Shown: positions 26,340 to 36,908 of the stretch, one piece after another | How positions within the stretch are numbered: the stretch's first letter is position 1 | Layout of the letters: each line of letters opens with the position of its first letter | Source: Chthonomonas calidirosea | GTDB taxonomy: Bacteria > Armatimonadota > Fimbriimonadia > Fimbriimonadales > Fimbriimonadaceae | NCBI GenBank assembly: GCA_945859975.1 | Contig: CAMAPH010000002.1 | Span: forward strand, 91,768 to 155,767 | Length of the DNA stretch: 64,000 nt | Direction of reading: 5' to 3' | The notes under the pieces: generated by a model | The model's input: only the letters and a program-made list of their open reading frames with translations | What the model was told of the DNA's origin: nothing | Databases searched by the model: none | Position numbers and translations under genes: made by a program

Positions 26340-28298
26340 ATGCTCAAATCCACCCTGTTGGATGCCCTACAAGATCGCGTGCTCATTTATGACGGCGCGA
26401 TGGGGACGCAGATCCAAGGGTCGAACCTGACCGATGCCGACTTCATTCTCCGGCCGGAGCATGGCCACTCTCCTGCCCTGGCGGCTGCCGCCGAGCGACT
26501 GAATGGCACTTTGCTGGATGGCTGCAACGAAATCCTCAGCATCACCCGGCCCGAAGTCATTCGCAATATCCACGCGGCGTACTTTGCGGCGGGTTCTGAT
26601 CTGGTGGAAACCAACACGTTTGGTGGAACCTCGATTGTCCTTGCCGAATACGACATTCCCGAACTCGTTTATGACCTGAGCCTGGCGAGCGCTCGAATCG
26701 CAAAAGAAGCAGCGATCGCCGCGAGTACCACCGCCAAGCCACGATGGGTTGTTGGAGCTTTGGGTCCAGGCACGAAGCTGATCTCGCTCGGCCAGACCAC
26801 TTGGGAAGAACTAGAGGAAACCTACAAAACGGGATTCGTTGGACTCATCGAGGGTGGCGCGGATGCGCTGCTTCTGGAAACTCTCCAAGACTTGCTGATG
26901 GTGAAGGCCGGGGTTGTCGCGGCCGAGAAGGCGATGGCCGAGACTGGCAAGCGCCTTCCCCTCTTTGTCCAAGTCACGATGGAGCAGACCGGAACCATGC
27001 TCCTCGGCTCCGAAATCGGCGCCGCCCTCAACATGCTGGAGGCATTCCCGAGCGTCGTCAGCTTCGGCATGAACTGCGCGACTGGCCCGGTCGAAATGGC
27101 TCCTCACGTCCGATTCCTTGGTCAGAACTCGACCCGCCCAATCGCCATTCAGCCCAACGCGGGACTACCGCAAATGGAAGCTGGGCGAGCGGTTTACAAG
27201 CTGAGTCCTGACGATCTTGCTGGCCACCACGACCGGTTCGTTTCTGAAATGGGAGTCGCCCTCTGCGGCGGCTGTTGCGGCACGACACCTGCACACCTCA
27301 AGGCGGTGGCCGATGCCGTCGGCGGTCGCCGGCATCAGGACAACGCACACTGGCAAAAGAGCCGAGCCGTGTTTCCCGGATTCGATTTTGAGATTAAGCA
27401 ACCCGAGCAGGCCGATGCGTTTGCCCTCGTCGGGTGCTCGTCGCTCTACCAATTCCAGCCGTACGTTCAAGACAACAGCTACCTGATCATCGGCGAAAAG
27501 ACAAACGCCAATGGTTCGCGTGCCTTCCGCGACATGCTGGCAGCGGAGAACTGGGATGGCCTGACGGAGCTCGCTCGGGAACTGGAGGGCGAAGGCTCGC
27601 ACATTCTTGACGTGTGTGCCGCCTACGTTGGTCGCGACGAAGTTAGGGACATGAAGTCTTTGCTGGCCAACTACAACCAGCACATCACGGTGCCGATCAT
27701 GATCGACTCGACCGAGGTTCCGGTGATGGAAGCGTCGCTTCAGGCATTGGCAGGCAAGCCGATCATCAACTCGATCAACTTTGAGGACGGTGATGACCGT
27801 GCCCGAAAGGTTCTGGGCTTAGCGCGAAAGTACGGCGCCGGCGTGGTTGCGCTGACGATCAACGAAGACGGCATGGCCAAAACCGCCGAGAAGAAGTTGG
27901 AGATCACGGACCGACTGATCGCCCTGACTCGCGAGTTCGGATTGCCCGACCACGATGTCTTCATCGATACTCTCACCTTCACTTTGGGTTCGGGCGACGA
28001 AGAATTCCGCACCGCAGCCATTGAAACGATTGAGGCCATCAAGGGGGTTAAGGAGCGGTACCCGAGGGTGAACCTGACGCTTGGCGTTAGCAACATCAGC
28101 TTCGGCCTCAAGCCCGCTTCGCGGCAGATTCTGAACAGCGCATTCCTGCACTTTGCCCGTGAAGCTGGGCTAACGAGTGCCATCGTCCACTTCAGCAAAA
28201 TCCTTCCGGACAACCGGATTCATCCCGACATCTGGAAAATCGCTTCGGACCTCGTCTTCGATCGTCGCGAGTTTGCCGAAGCACCCGTCGAAGCATAA
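26340..28298 (+). CDS. metH: Methionine synthase N-terminal half (homocysteine-binding and pterin-binding domains only)
   Basis: DGAMGT, ETNTFG, GMNCATGP, GGCCGT, IIGEKTNANGS, DSTE, GVSNISFG. Stops before the B12-binding cap/Rossmann domain. Confidence 0.9.
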   Translation: MLKSTLLDALQDRVLIYDGAMGTQIQGSNLTDADFILRPEHGHSPALAAAAERLNGTLLDGCNEILSITRPEVIRNIHAAYFAAGSDLVETNTFGGTSIVLAEYDIPELVYDLSLASARIAKEAAIAASTTAKPRWVVGALGPGTKLISLGQTTWEELEETYKTGFVGLIEGGADALLLETLQDLLMVKAGVVAAEKAMAETGKRLPLFVQVTMEQTGTMLLGSEIGAALNMLEAFPSVVSFGMNCATGPVEMAPHVRFLGQNSTRPIAIQPNAGLPQMEAGRAVYKLSPDDLAGHHDRFVSEMGVALCGGCCGTTPAHLKAVADAVGGRRHQDNAHWQKSRAVFPGFDFEIKQPEQADAFALVGCSSLYQFQPYVQDNSYLIIGEKTNANGSRAFRDMLAAENWDGLTELARELEGEGSHILDVCAAYVGRDEVRDMKSLLANYNQHITVPIMIDSTEVPVMEASLQALAGKPIINSINFEDGDDRARKVLGLARKYGAGVVALTINEDGMAKTAEKKLEITDRLIALTREFGLPDHDVFIDTLTFTLGSGDEEFRTAAIETIEAIKGVKERYPRVNLTLGVSNISFGLKPASRQILNSAFLHFAREAGLTSAIVHFSKILPDNRIHPDIWKIASDLVFDRREFAEAPVEA

Positions 28299-28327
28299 AA
28301 AATGCCCTCGGTCAAAGACCGAGGGCA
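28297..28327 (-). terminator. Intrinsic terminator
   Basis: TGCCCTCGGTC-AAA-GACCGAGGGCA with an A-run on the + strand. Confidence 0.75.
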
Positions 28328-28354
28328 AACGGGCAATGGCCCTAACTCAGTTGA

Positions 28355-29140
28355 TCAGTCTCGGGTGTCGAAGCAGAAAGCGATCACTCGATCGGAGCCT
28401 CGGAAAGCTCCGTAAAGGGTAAGCGCCCCAGTTGCTAGGTCGATCTGGTGGATCGTGCTTGAGCTTGAGCCCGGAAGGTTCACAACGATGAAGCCGCGGT
28501 TCTTGCCGCTTCGGCTGTAAATATCAAAGCTCGTTCTGTCGTCCAGGTCGACGCCAAGGTTTGCAACCACGGTCAGGGTGCCATCATTGGGTGGACTCTG
28601 GAGAACGAGGGCATCGAGTTCGGAATCGATGTTATAGAGAGCGGTCGAAGTTGCACCAGCGAAGCTATTGGTGTAGGCCGAAGCGACGATGTTCGGCGCG
28701 GTTGCGGTACCGAAGGAAAGGGTTCCATCGATGAGGGCAACGCCGGTTTCAACGTTTACGCGCAGGTTCTGGTTCTGCGTGCTGGTGATCCGAAGTCGGT
28801 CTGGGACCGGATTGAAGTCAACTCCGAACTTGGAGCCGTTCAGCATCGTCGAGATCAGCGAAGCCGGGGTTGCGTTTGCGGTGAGCGGGTTGATGGTGTA
28901 CAGGTTGCCGAAGCTACCGACGCCGTAGACCATGCCGGTGGCCGGTCGCGAATCGATTCCAACGATCTTTTCATTCGGAGCAAGACCGGTAATCGCCAAG
29001 GTGTAGTAAGGCGATTGAGGTGACGTATGCTCAAAGGAAACAAAGTTTCCAGATTCCGTGACCGCGTAGGAACGAACGGCGTGAGCGCTTGCAACAGCAG
29101 CTCCAAGAACAACGAAAGCAAGGATCCGATTTGTTTTCAT
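28355..29140 (-). CDS. DUF4394 domain secreted protein
   Basis: GIDSRPATG, GVDFNPVPDRLR, AYTNSFAG, LYNID. GGAG RBS upstream of ATG 29140. Confidence 0.88.
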   Translation of the reverse strand: MKTNRILAFVVLGAAVASAHAVRSYAVTESGNFVSFEHTSPQSPYYTLAITGLAPNEKIVGIDSRPATGMVYGVGSFGNLYTINPLTANATPASLISTMLNGSKFGVDFNPVPDRLRITSTQNQNLRVNVETGVALIDGTLSFGTATAPNIVASAYTNSFAGATSTALYNIDSELDALVLQSPPNDGTLTVVANLGVDLDDRTSFDIYSRSGKNRGFIVVNLPGSSSSTIHQIDLATGALTLYGAFRGSDRVIAFCFDTRD

Positions 29141-29298
29141 AAGAATCTCCAGCAAGCTGGGCATTTTGATTATAACCTTAATTGCTCTTTTGTGCGCACT
29201 TTTTTACTTTCGTGCCTTGTTTTTGATCTTTTTCAACATCTAGTCGGAGTGAGGGTTTTTTCGATGCGCTTGGGGTATCCTTTCTTGTTCACGACGTT

Positions 29299-29583
29299 AT
29301 GGCAAACCTGAAGTCAAGCAAGAAGGATATGCGACGAAGCCGACGAAAGTCGCTCGTCAACAAGTCGGTCAAGAGCGCGCTCAAGACCTACATCAAGAAA
29401 GTTAAGGTCGCGGCCGCAGTTGCCGCTCCGGATGCTGACGCGATTCAGAGCGCCCTTACCCTCGCGGTGAAGGCACTGGACAAGGCTGCTCAGAACGGAA
29501 CGATCCACAAGAACCAGGCGGCACGCCGAAAGAGCCGAATTGCCAAGGCTGCAAACGCTGCCAAAGCTAAGCTCGCTGCCTAA
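29299..29583 (+). CDS. rpsT: 30S ribosomal protein bS20
   Basis: MANLKSSKK...IHKNQAARRKSR. Confidence 0.97.
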   Translation: MANLKSSKKDMRRSRRKSLVNKSVKSALKTYIKKVKVAAAVAAPDADAIQSALTLAVKALDKAAQNGTIHKNQAARRKSRIAKAANAAKAKLAA

Positions 29584-29594
29584 ATTCACTTTCT

Positions 29595-29631
29595 AAAGCC
29601 CTCGATGAGATAACTCATCGAGGGCTTTTTT
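29595..29631. terminator. Bidirectional intrinsic terminator
   Basis: AAAGCCCTCGATGAG-ATAA-CTCATCGAGGGCTTTTTT. Confidence 0.85.
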
Positions 29632-29635
29632 ACGC

Positions 29636-30310
29636 CTACTTGATCTCGACGGCTTCGAGTTCGAACACGAGGGTTGCGTCCGGTGGAATGACCCCGCCGG
29701 CACCCTGCGAACCATAACCCAAAGTTGGTGGGATTGTGACCGTGCGCTTTTCGCCCTTGCGCATGCCGAGAATTCCTTGCTCGAATCCAGGAATGACTTG
29801 CTGCGCGCCAAGTTTCACGGCTATCGGCTCGCCGCGAGTGTAGCTTGAATCAAACTGCTTGCCACCCTTAAGCGTGCCCTTATAGTGAATCTTGACATCC
29901 GAACCGACAACGGCTGCTGGACCAGATCCCTTCTTTGTAACCTTGAACGTTGCTCGCTCGATCGCTTTAAGCGTCACATCAAACAGCAAAGTTGAATTCG
30001 CCGGGATGTCGCCCTGAGCTTGGTCACGATAGCCCATCTCCGGCGGAATACGAAGGCTTCTCTTGCCGCCAACTTTCATACCGGCCACTCCCTTATCCCA
30101 GCCCTCGATTACCTGACCGACTCCGAGGCGGAACCGGAACGGGGCACGGCCGATGCTGGAATCAAACTTCTTGCCGTTTGTGAGGGTGCCGGTGTAATCC
30201 ACCACCACAAAGTCCAGCGCCTGAGCCGCTTGGCCGCTGCCTACCTTAACGTCCTTCACTACCATCTTCTCTGCGCTCATCATCGCAATTGCCGCAACCG
30301 TGGCTAACAT
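29636..30310 (-). CDS. Tandem two-domain FKBP-type peptidyl-prolyl isomerase
   Basis: Two copies of YTG.L..GK.FDSS...VI.G...G...M..G.KR...IPP..GY. Confidence 0.93.
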   Translation of the reverse strand: MLATVAAIAMMSAEKMVVKDVKVGSGQAAQALDFVVVDYTGTLTNGKKFDSSIGRAPFRFRLGVGQVIEGWDKGVAGMKVGGKRSLRIPPEMGYRDQAQGDIPANSTLLFDVTLKAIERATFKVTKKGSGPAAVVGSDVKIHYKGTLKGGKQFDSSYTRGEPIAVKLGAQQVIPGFEQGILGMRKGEKRTVTIPPTLGYGSQGAGGVIPPDATLVFELEAVEIK

Positions 30311-30367
30311 GCTGGCAGGGTACCCGTCGATATTCTCACTGCGTTCCCTCGAAGATATACTGACCGA

Positions 30368-30973
30368 GTGCGGAAATGGATGCCTCTGCTCGGATGGATT
30401 GCCTTGTTCTCGGCAGCAAGCGGCCAAACGGCGGTTCCACAAGGTTCAACCCCGACCGAAACGCTGAACCAATACGATGACCCCGTAGTGCGGCGTACCG
30501 TTTCGCTGGCTGGAAACTATTCCGTCACCGAAATTCTCGACTTCATGAAGTCGTTTAGCGTCAACTTCGTCGTCCCGGCACGAACGGACCTCGATACGTT
30601 CCGGCTTCGTCTGAACATCCAAGACAAGCCTCTGCGCGACATCATGGTTTGCGTTTCGACCGCGATGAACGGCACTTGGATTTATCAAGCCGGGATTTAC
30701 ATCTTGCGGCTACCCGGCACTGACCTTGTTCGCACGGCCGCACCGGCGCCAAAGTCGCCCAATCCCAACGCGATTCTGCCTAAGCTGTCCGACGACGAAT
30801 TCACGCGACTTCGCGAAGCCGCGGAACAAATGAAGGCGAAGCCACCAACGCCGAAGCCGGCTCCCGCCCCCAAGGTCGCGCCGAAGAAAGTGACCACAAA
30901 GAAGCCGACCACGCGAAAGCCAACGGTAAGAAGAACTTCGTCGAAGCGAAAGAGATCATCCTCGCGGCGTTAA
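30368..30973 (+). CDS. Secreted STN-like domain protein with a Pro-rich linker and Lys/Arg-rich tail
   Basis: Signal peptide, LNIQDKPLRDIM...GIYILR, and tail KKVTTKKPTTRKPTVRRTSSKRKRSSSRR. Confidence 0.65.
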   Translation: MRKWMPLLGWIALFSAASGQTAVPQGSTPTETLNQYDDPVVRRTVSLAGNYSVTEILDFMKSFSVNFVVPARTDLDTFRLRLNIQDKPLRDIMVCVSTAMNGTWIYQAGIYILRLPGTDLVRTAAPAPKSPNPNAILPKLSDDEFTRLREAAEQMKAKPPTPKPAPAPKVAPKKVTTKKPTTRKPTVRRTSSKRKRSSSRR

Positions 30974-30998
30974 GCGCCGTTCCGGGTAACACCGGCAA

Positions 30999-32000
30999 AT
31001 GGAATATCGATCCCTCGGCCGCACTGGCATCCAAGTTTCCGTTGCCTGTTTCGGCACCATGACGTTCGGCTGGGACCCGGAAGATTGGGGCAGTTCCGAG
31101 GAGGCGTCGATCCAGATCACGAACACTGCCCTCGATCTGGGGATCAACTTTTTCGATACCGCCGACGTGTACGCCCGCGGCGTCAGCGAAACCATCCTTG
31201 GCAAAGCTCTCCAGGGCAAGCGCGCCGAAGTCGTGCTCGCGACAAAATGCCACGGCAAAATGTCCGATTCAGACGTGAACGCGTCGGGCAATTCGTATCG
31301 GCATATCATCCTCGCGTGCGAAGCGTCATTGAAACGACTGGGCACGGACTACATCGACCTTTACCAAATTCACCGGCCCCAGCCGAGCGTTCCCATTGAC
31401 GAAACCCTCCGGGCACTGGATGATCTGCGTCGGGCCGGAAAGATCCTTTATGCGGGTTGCTCAACGTTTGCGGCATGGCAAGTCTGCGAGGCGCACTACG
31501 TAGCCAAGGAGCTTGGCGCGGCTGGATTCGTCACCGAACAACCACCCTACAACCTCCTCGATCGACGCATCGAGCGTGAGCTTCTTCCCTTCTGCCGAAC
31601 GTACGATTACGCTGTCATCCCTTGGTCACCGTTGGCGGGTGGAATGTTAAGCGGCAAGTACCTCGATGCAAAGCCGGAAGAGGGACGCTACGCCAAGAGT
31701 GATCCGGGCGGACGGCTGGCGCAGCTGCCGATGGACAAGCTTCGTGAGTTCCAAACCGTGGCGACGGAACTTGAAATGAGCATGGCCAGCCTGGCGCTGG
31801 CCTGGGTTGCGAACCAGCCAGGAATCACCAGCCCAATCATCGGAGCAAGAAGCGAAACCCAACTGAAGGAATCGGCTGCTGCCCTTGAAATCAAACTGAG
31901 CGACGAGACGCTGAAAAAGATCGACAGCATCTTTGCGCCGGCGTCGCACTCTGTTGCTTACTACAACGCAAACTTCGGGCCGAACGCACGAACTCGATAA
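30999..32000 (+). CDS. Aldo/keto reductase
   Basis: LGRTG, FFDTADVY, SLKRLGTDYIDLYQIH, WSPLAGG. Confidence 0.95.
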   Translation: MEYRSLGRTGIQVSVACFGTMTFGWDPEDWGSSEEASIQITNTALDLGINFFDTADVYARGVSETILGKALQGKRAEVVLATKCHGKMSDSDVNASGNSYRHIILACEASLKRLGTDYIDLYQIHRPQPSVPIDETLRALDDLRRAGKILYAGCSTFAAWQVCEAHYVAKELGAAGFVTEQPPYNLLDRRIERELLPFCRTYDYAVIPWSPLAGGMLSGKYLDAKPEEGRYAKSDPGGRLAQLPMDKLREFQTVATELEMSMASLALAWVANQPGITSPIIGARSETQLKESAAALEIKLSDETLKKIDSIFAPASHSVAYYNANFGPNARTR

Positions 32001-32048
32001 TCTTGCACCTTCTCCCCGGTAGAGAGTGTCTTGAACTTCCGGGGAAAC

Positions 32049-32732
32049 ATGTTAGCGAAGGCGCTTGTATCTGAATTCGTAGGGACGTTCGCGATTTGTT
32101 TCGTTGCGTTAGCCGTGAAGGCCAATCTCGGCGAAGTACCGGGAGGTTTGCTCGGCATTGCCCTTGCAAATGGGCTGGTGGTGGCTTGCTTCGCCACGGC
32201 GGCGGGACCGATCAGTGGTGGACACTTTAACCCGGCGGTCACGATCGGTTTTTGGGTTGTCCGCAAGATGGATCACCTTCGGGCATTGACGTACATTGGC
32301 GCTCAACTTGCTGGTGCGGTCGCCGGTTCGTTCTTCGCGAGTTCTTCGTTCACAAACGACCCGAACGTCGCCGCGAAAGGGCTTTCGGCGGTAGAGCTTG
32401 GGTCCACCGTCGGGGCTGCATTTGTCGCGGAGATCATTGCGACCTTCATGCTGATGTGGGTCATCTATGGCACAGCCGTAGATCAGCGACAGCCGAAGTT
32501 TGGTGCCTTGTACGTCGGACTATTTGTGGCCGTTGGCATCCTTGCCGTGGGACCGATCAGCAGCGGTGCCATGAATCCTGCCCGCTGGTTTGGACCCGCG
32601 GTGGTTACCGGAGATTTCAGCGCCTTAACGCTGTTTGTTGGTGGTCCGGTTGCCGGGGCCATCTTGGCATCTGTGGTTTATTCCTGGTTCTTAAAGGAAG
32701 ACGCCAATAAAAAGCCCGAAGCTATCGCATAG
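32049..32732 (+). CDS. Aquaporin (MIP family)
   Basis: SGGHFNPAVT and GAMNPAR NPA motifs, six hydrophobic helices. Confidence 0.95.
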   Translation: MLAKALVSEFVGTFAICFVALAVKANLGEVPGGLLGIALANGLVVACFATAAGPISGGHFNPAVTIGFWVVRKMDHLRALTYIGAQLAGAVAGSFFASSSFTNDPNVAAKGLSAVELGSTVGAAFVAEIIATFMLMWVIYGTAVDQRQPKFGALYVGLFVAVGILAVGPISSGAMNPARWFGPAVVTGDFSALTLFVGGPVAGAILASVVYSWFLKEDANKKPEAIA

Positions 32733-32750
32733 CTTCGGGCAACTGGAATC

Positions 32751-33047
32751 TCAGAGTTCGCCAGCGGCAGCCATCTCGGCAAGCGTTTTGTAGTGCTTGT
32801 CAGCCTGTGCAGCGTCGTTGTTGTGATACTGCAAAAACGGAGCCTTTTCGGCCTCCGGTACGGCGGCCCAACCGGCTTGTTTCTTAGCGGTTGCGGTCAT
32901 TGCAGGAAGAAGCGCCTGCTTTGCGGGATCATCGCTGGTTTTTTCGACCTTTGCGGTCGAGTCAACCTTAACATTCTGGTCGTTGTTGGGTTCACATCCA
33001 ACCAAAAGGATGGAAGTGAGGGCGACAAAAAAGAGGATCTTGTTCAT
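32751..33047 (-). CDS. Small lipoprotein
   Basis: MNKILFFVALTSILLVGC lipobox. Confidence 0.75.
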   Translation of the reverse strand: MNKILFFVALTSILLVGCEPNNDQNVKVDSTAKVEKTSDDPAKQALLPAMTATAKKQAGWAAVPEAEKAPFLQYHNNDAAQADKHYKTLAEMAAAGEL

Positions 33048-33051
33048 ATAC

Positions 33052-33080
33052 AAAAAGGCCCTCCGCTTTTGCGGAGGGCC
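33052..33080 (-). terminator. Intrinsic terminator after the prepilin gene
   Basis: GGCCCTCCGC-AAAA-GCGGAGGGCC-TTTTT on the minus strand. Confidence 0.7.
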
Positions 33081-33089
33081 ATGGGCTCT

Positions 33090-34100
33090 TTAGAGCTGAA
33101 CTGGGAGACCCGAGATTGGGTCGAGGATGTTCTGGTTGTTAACCGTGTACATCTGAGCGCCCCACATGTATCGGTTTGGTGCGAGGGTTGCGTTGAACTT
33201 GGAGTACTTCGCAGATCCGTCGGCCATGCCGTAGTTGTCGCCTTCGTTCCATCGGAATGCCGAGTGGTACGAGATGAGTGGGTAGGTGCCTGCTGGGTTG
33301 CTCTTGCAGTTCGCGAAGACGTTTCGGACCTGGCCGAAGTTCAGCGCGTAAAGCACAGCAGTTGCAGCGTCGGTGTTCTCACCAAGGTACTGCTGGGTGT
33401 TAGCAGCATCTCGGGTAACGGCGTTGGTGGATCGGTGCGAAGAGTTTCGGATACCGGTTCCAAGCGACTGGCCGTTCAAGCACTCGAGGTTGTCGGTGAG
33501 ACCAGCGATCATGATCGTGCTGGAGACCGCTGGAAGAACGGTCTGGCTGATAACCTTAACGCCTGCGTTGAGGTCGTTGATGTTTCGAGCTCGTGGCATA
33601 ACCGCACTGTTAACGGTGTACGAAAGTCGTGGAACCTGGTTGTCGATGATGAAGCCACCGAGCGAAGGCGTTCCTGGAGGGGTGTTGCCGCTGACTGCAC
33701 ATCGGTCAGCCTGCTGTCCGGATGGGAAGCCCTTTCCGCTGTTGTTGTTAGCCGAAGCGAAGCACGTTGGACCGTGACCGCGGAGGGTGTCTCCTGGGCT
33801 CACGAACATGTCAACGTTCTTGATGTATGGCTGGCAAACGCCGGACCAGTGCTCGTATCCGCCAGCGGTACCGCCAAGAGCTGGGCTGAATGCGCGGTGG
33901 AAGTAAGCCGATGGAAGAACGTCATCAGCATCGCCCGAGTAGATGAGGATGCCGAGCGCGGTCTGCTTGATGTTCGAAAGATCCTGAGTCTTCTTTGCAG
34001 CAGCCTTAGCCTGTGCGAAGACAGGGAATAGGATCGCGGCGAGAATTGCGATGATCGCGATGACCACCAAGAGTTCAATCAGAGTAAATGCCTTTTTCAT
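33090..34100 (-). CDS. Prepilin-type N-terminal cleavage/methylation protein (DUF1559/H-X9-DG-like)
   Basis: MKKA|FTLIELLVVIAIIAILAAILFPVFAQAK, C-terminal H...NYGMADGSAK. GAGG RBS. Confidence 0.9.
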   Translation of the reverse strand: MKKAFTLIELLVVIAIIAILAAILFPVFAQAKAAAKKTQDLSNIKQTALGILIYSGDADDVLPSAYFHRAFSPALGGTAGGYEHWSGVCQPYIKNVDMFVSPGDTLRGHGPTCFASANNNSGKGFPSGQQADRCAVSGNTPPGTPSLGGFIIDNQVPRLSYTVNSAVMPRARNINDLNAGVKVISQTVLPAVSSTIMIAGLTDNLECLNGQSLGTGIRNSSHRSTNAVTRDAANTQQYLGENTDAATAVLYALNFGQVRNVFANCKSNPAGTYPLISYHSAFRWNEGDNYGMADGSAKYSKFNATLAPNRYMWGAQMYTVNNQNILDPISGLPVQL

Positions 34101-34355
34101 GGTTGCGTTCCTCACGCAACGTATAGAGAACCCCGGGAAAGTTAAGACAGGGTTAACGAAATGTTAAGGCTTCGTAAATTTTGACCTTCGTGATGCATTT
34201 CTTAGATCGAATTTTAATGCTGAAAATCGATGATTTGAACCTAAGTAGGTTGTAGGTTGAACCTACTCAACGGACAGGAGTACATTTAACAATGAATCGG
34301 CCTTGTTTTACTTGTAACACTTTTCAGTGACATTGGATGACAGGCCCTCTTAACG

Positions 34356-34390
34356 AAAAAACGCCCGAAACAACTGTTTCGGGCGTTTTT
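34356..34390. terminator. Bidirectional terminator downstream of clpC
   Basis: AAAAAACGCCCGAAAC-AACT-GTTTCGGGCGTTTTT. Confidence 0.85.
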
Positions 34391-34409
34391 GGTACTTCGA
34401 ACCGCGAGC

Positions 34410-36908
34410 TTAGTTCAGCGCGAGTTCTTTCTGTGGTTCGTTGCCGTCCGGTGTACTCTTCCGTCGAAAGATCACCGTATCGGTTCCTGGCTCAAGTTCC
34501 GCGATGATCACGTCACCAGTCTGGAATCGGCCGAGCAGCATCTCTTCGCTGAGCGGATCCTCAATGAATCGCTGAACCGCTCTTCGAAGCGGTCTTGCGC
34601 CCATGTTCGGATCGTAACCCTTGTCGACGAGAAGGTTCTTGACCTCTTCGCTGAGTTCGATCTGAATCCCCATCGAAGTCGCCTGCTCGTTGACTCGCGC
34701 CAAGAACAGCGAAGCGATCTGGAGGATCTCTTCTCGCTTGAGGTGTTGGAACACGATGACTTCATCGATTCGGTTGATGAACTCAGGGCGGAACGATTTT
34801 TTCATTTCGTCCAGCATCTTGGTCTTCATGTTCTCGTACACCTTCGGATCGTTGTAATCCGGTCGCGTATCGCGGAAGCCAAGTCCCTTGTCCATTTCGA
34901 TCGGACGAACTCCGATGTTCGAAGTCATGATGATCAGGGTGTTTCGGAAGTCCACCGTCCGTCCCTGCGAGTCGGTCAACTGTCCATCTTCCAGAACCTG
35001 GAGAAGCAAGTTGAAGACTTCAGGGTGTGCTTTTTCGATTTCATCGAAGAGCACAACGCAGTACGGATTTCGCCGAACCTGCTCGGTCAACTGACCGCCC
35101 TCATCGTAACCCACGTATCCGGGAGGGGCACCGGTCAGTCGGCTTACCGCGAATCTCTCCATGTATTCGGACATGTCGATTCGGACCATGTTGCTTTCCT
35201 TTTCGTAAAGGTAAGCCGCAAGTGCCTTCGCGAGTTCGGTCTTACCGACACCGGTTGGGCCAAGGAAGACGAACGAGGCAATCGGTCGCTTTGGATCCTT
35301 GAGTCCGGATCGGGAACGTCGGATCGCTCGCGAGACCGCGCGGACCGCATCTTGCTGGCCGATGATTCGCTCGTGCAAGTCCTCTTCCATGCGAAGTAGC
35401 TTTTGGCTCTCGGTCTCGACAAGTCGCGTAACCGGGATACCGGTCCAGCTCTGGACGATGCCAGCGATTTCGGGCTCACCAACGACAGGCTCCGGTTTTG
35501 GCTCGGCTGCCCAAGCTTCTTCTCTTTCGAGAATGCTAGCTTCGAGGCCTTCAATCTCAGCCTTCATCTTCTCAAGCATTTCCTGATCTTCTGATCGCTT
35601 AGAAAGATGCTCGAAATTCGTTCGAAGCTTCGTCAGCTTTTGTCGATCGGCGCGAACGTCTGCCGGCGGCAAACTCTGCTGCAAGCGAACTCGCGAAGCG
35701 GCCTCATCGATCAGGTCGATTGCCTTGTCGGGCAAAGTTCGATCCGAGATGTAGCGCTGAGACAATGAGACCGCGCTGGTGATCGCCTCGTCGGTGATCT
35801 CCACTTGGTGGTGAGCTTCGTATCGCTCACGCAAGCCGCGCAAAATCTCAATCGCTTCTTCTTCACTCGGTTCTTTGACTTTGACCGCTTGGAATCGTCG
35901 CTCAAGAGCCGCATCTCGCTCGATGTACTTGCGGAATTCGTCCTGCGTCGTCGCACCAATGCACTGGAGTTCGCCGCGCGCCAAGGCAGGCTTCATGATG
36001 TTTGAGGCATCAATCGCGCCTTCGGCTGCACCAGCTCCCACCAAGGTGTGAAGCTCGTCGATGAAGAGAATGACTTGGCCTTCCGACTTGCGGACCTCTT
36101 CCATCACTTTCTTCATGCGCTCTTCGAATTCGCCGCGGTACTTCGTACCAGCGACCAATCCAGCAAGGTCAAGGGAAACGATGCGCTTGTTCTTCAGGAT
36201 CTCTGGAATGTCACCAGAGACGATTCGAAGGGCCAGCCCTTCGGCAATCGCGGTTTTTCCGACGCCTGGGTCACCGATGAGACAAGGGTTGTTCTTTGTT
36301 CGTCGACAAAGAATTTGCATAACTCGCTCGATTTCGGTGTGTCGTCCGACCACCGGGTCAAGCTTCCCTTCTCGTGCCAATTCGGTCAAGTCCCGACCAA
36401 ATTCGTCCAGGGTCTGGGTCTTGGCGTTGGTAGTTGAAGCAGCCTTGGAGCCGAAGCCAGACTTAGCTTGCGTATCGTTGTCTTGAAGGGTCATCACCTC
36501 TCGGCGAGCCTTTTCAAGTTCAACTCCGAGTTTCGAAAGGACGCGTCCAGCTAGGCCATCGCCTTCTCGAATCAGCCCGAGGAGCAGATGCTCGGTGCCG
36601 ATGTAATTGTTGTTCAGGTTGCGAGCCTCGTCATATGCAAGATCGATCACGCGCTTGGCTCGAGGAGTCAGGGTCATATCCTGATTGGGTCTCGCATCGC
36701 CACGAGGAAGCTGCTTCTCAACCTCTGAGCGAATGCGATTTAGGCTGACGCCTAATTTCTCGAGAACGCGTGCGGCGACGCTATCCGACTCTCGTACGAG
36801 CCCGAGGAGAAGGTGCTCCGTCGAAACGTAGCCTTCCCCGAACTTCTGAGCCTCTTCTTGCGCATAGAACACCACCTTTCGGGCGCGTTCAGTAAAGCGT
36901 TGCCACAT
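34410..36908 (-). CDS. clpC: ATP-dependent Clp protease ATP-binding subunit
   Basis: Double Clp-N domain, Walker A GDPGVGKT and GPTGVGKT, and two AAA+ modules. Confidence 0.97.
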   Translation of the reverse strand: MWQRFTERARKVVFYAQEEAQKFGEGYVSTEHLLLGLVRESDSVAARVLEKLGVSLNRIRSEVEKQLPRGDARPNQDMTLTPRAKRVIDLAYDEARNLNNNYIGTEHLLLGLIREGDGLAGRVLSKLGVELEKARREVMTLQDNDTQAKSGFGSKAASTTNAKTQTLDEFGRDLTELAREGKLDPVVGRHTEIERVMQILCRRTKNNPCLIGDPGVGKTAIAEGLALRIVSGDIPEILKNKRIVSLDLAGLVAGTKYRGEFEERMKKVMEEVRKSEGQVILFIDELHTLVGAGAAEGAIDASNIMKPALARGELQCIGATTQDEFRKYIERDAALERRFQAVKVKEPSEEEAIEILRGLRERYEAHHQVEITDEAITSAVSLSQRYISDRTLPDKAIDLIDEAASRVRLQQSLPPADVRADRQKLTKLRTNFEHLSKRSEDQEMLEKMKAEIEGLEASILEREEAWAAEPKPEPVVGEPEIAGIVQSWTGIPVTRLVETESQKLLRMEEDLHERIIGQQDAVRAVSRAIRRSRSGLKDPKRPIASFVFLGPTGVGKTELAKALAAYLYEKESNMVRIDMSEYMERFAVSRLTGAPPGYVGYDEGGQLTEQVRRNPYCVVLFDEIEKAHPEVFNLLLQVLEDGQLTDSQGRTVDFRNTLIIMTSNIGVRPIEMDKGLGFRDTRPDYNDPKVYENMKTKMLDEMKKSFRPEFINRIDEVIVFQHLKREEILQIASLFLARVNEQATSMGIQIELSEEVKNLLVDKGYDPNMGARPLRRAVQRFIEDPLSEEMLLGRFQTGDVIIAELEPGTDTVIFRRKSTPDGNEPQKELALN

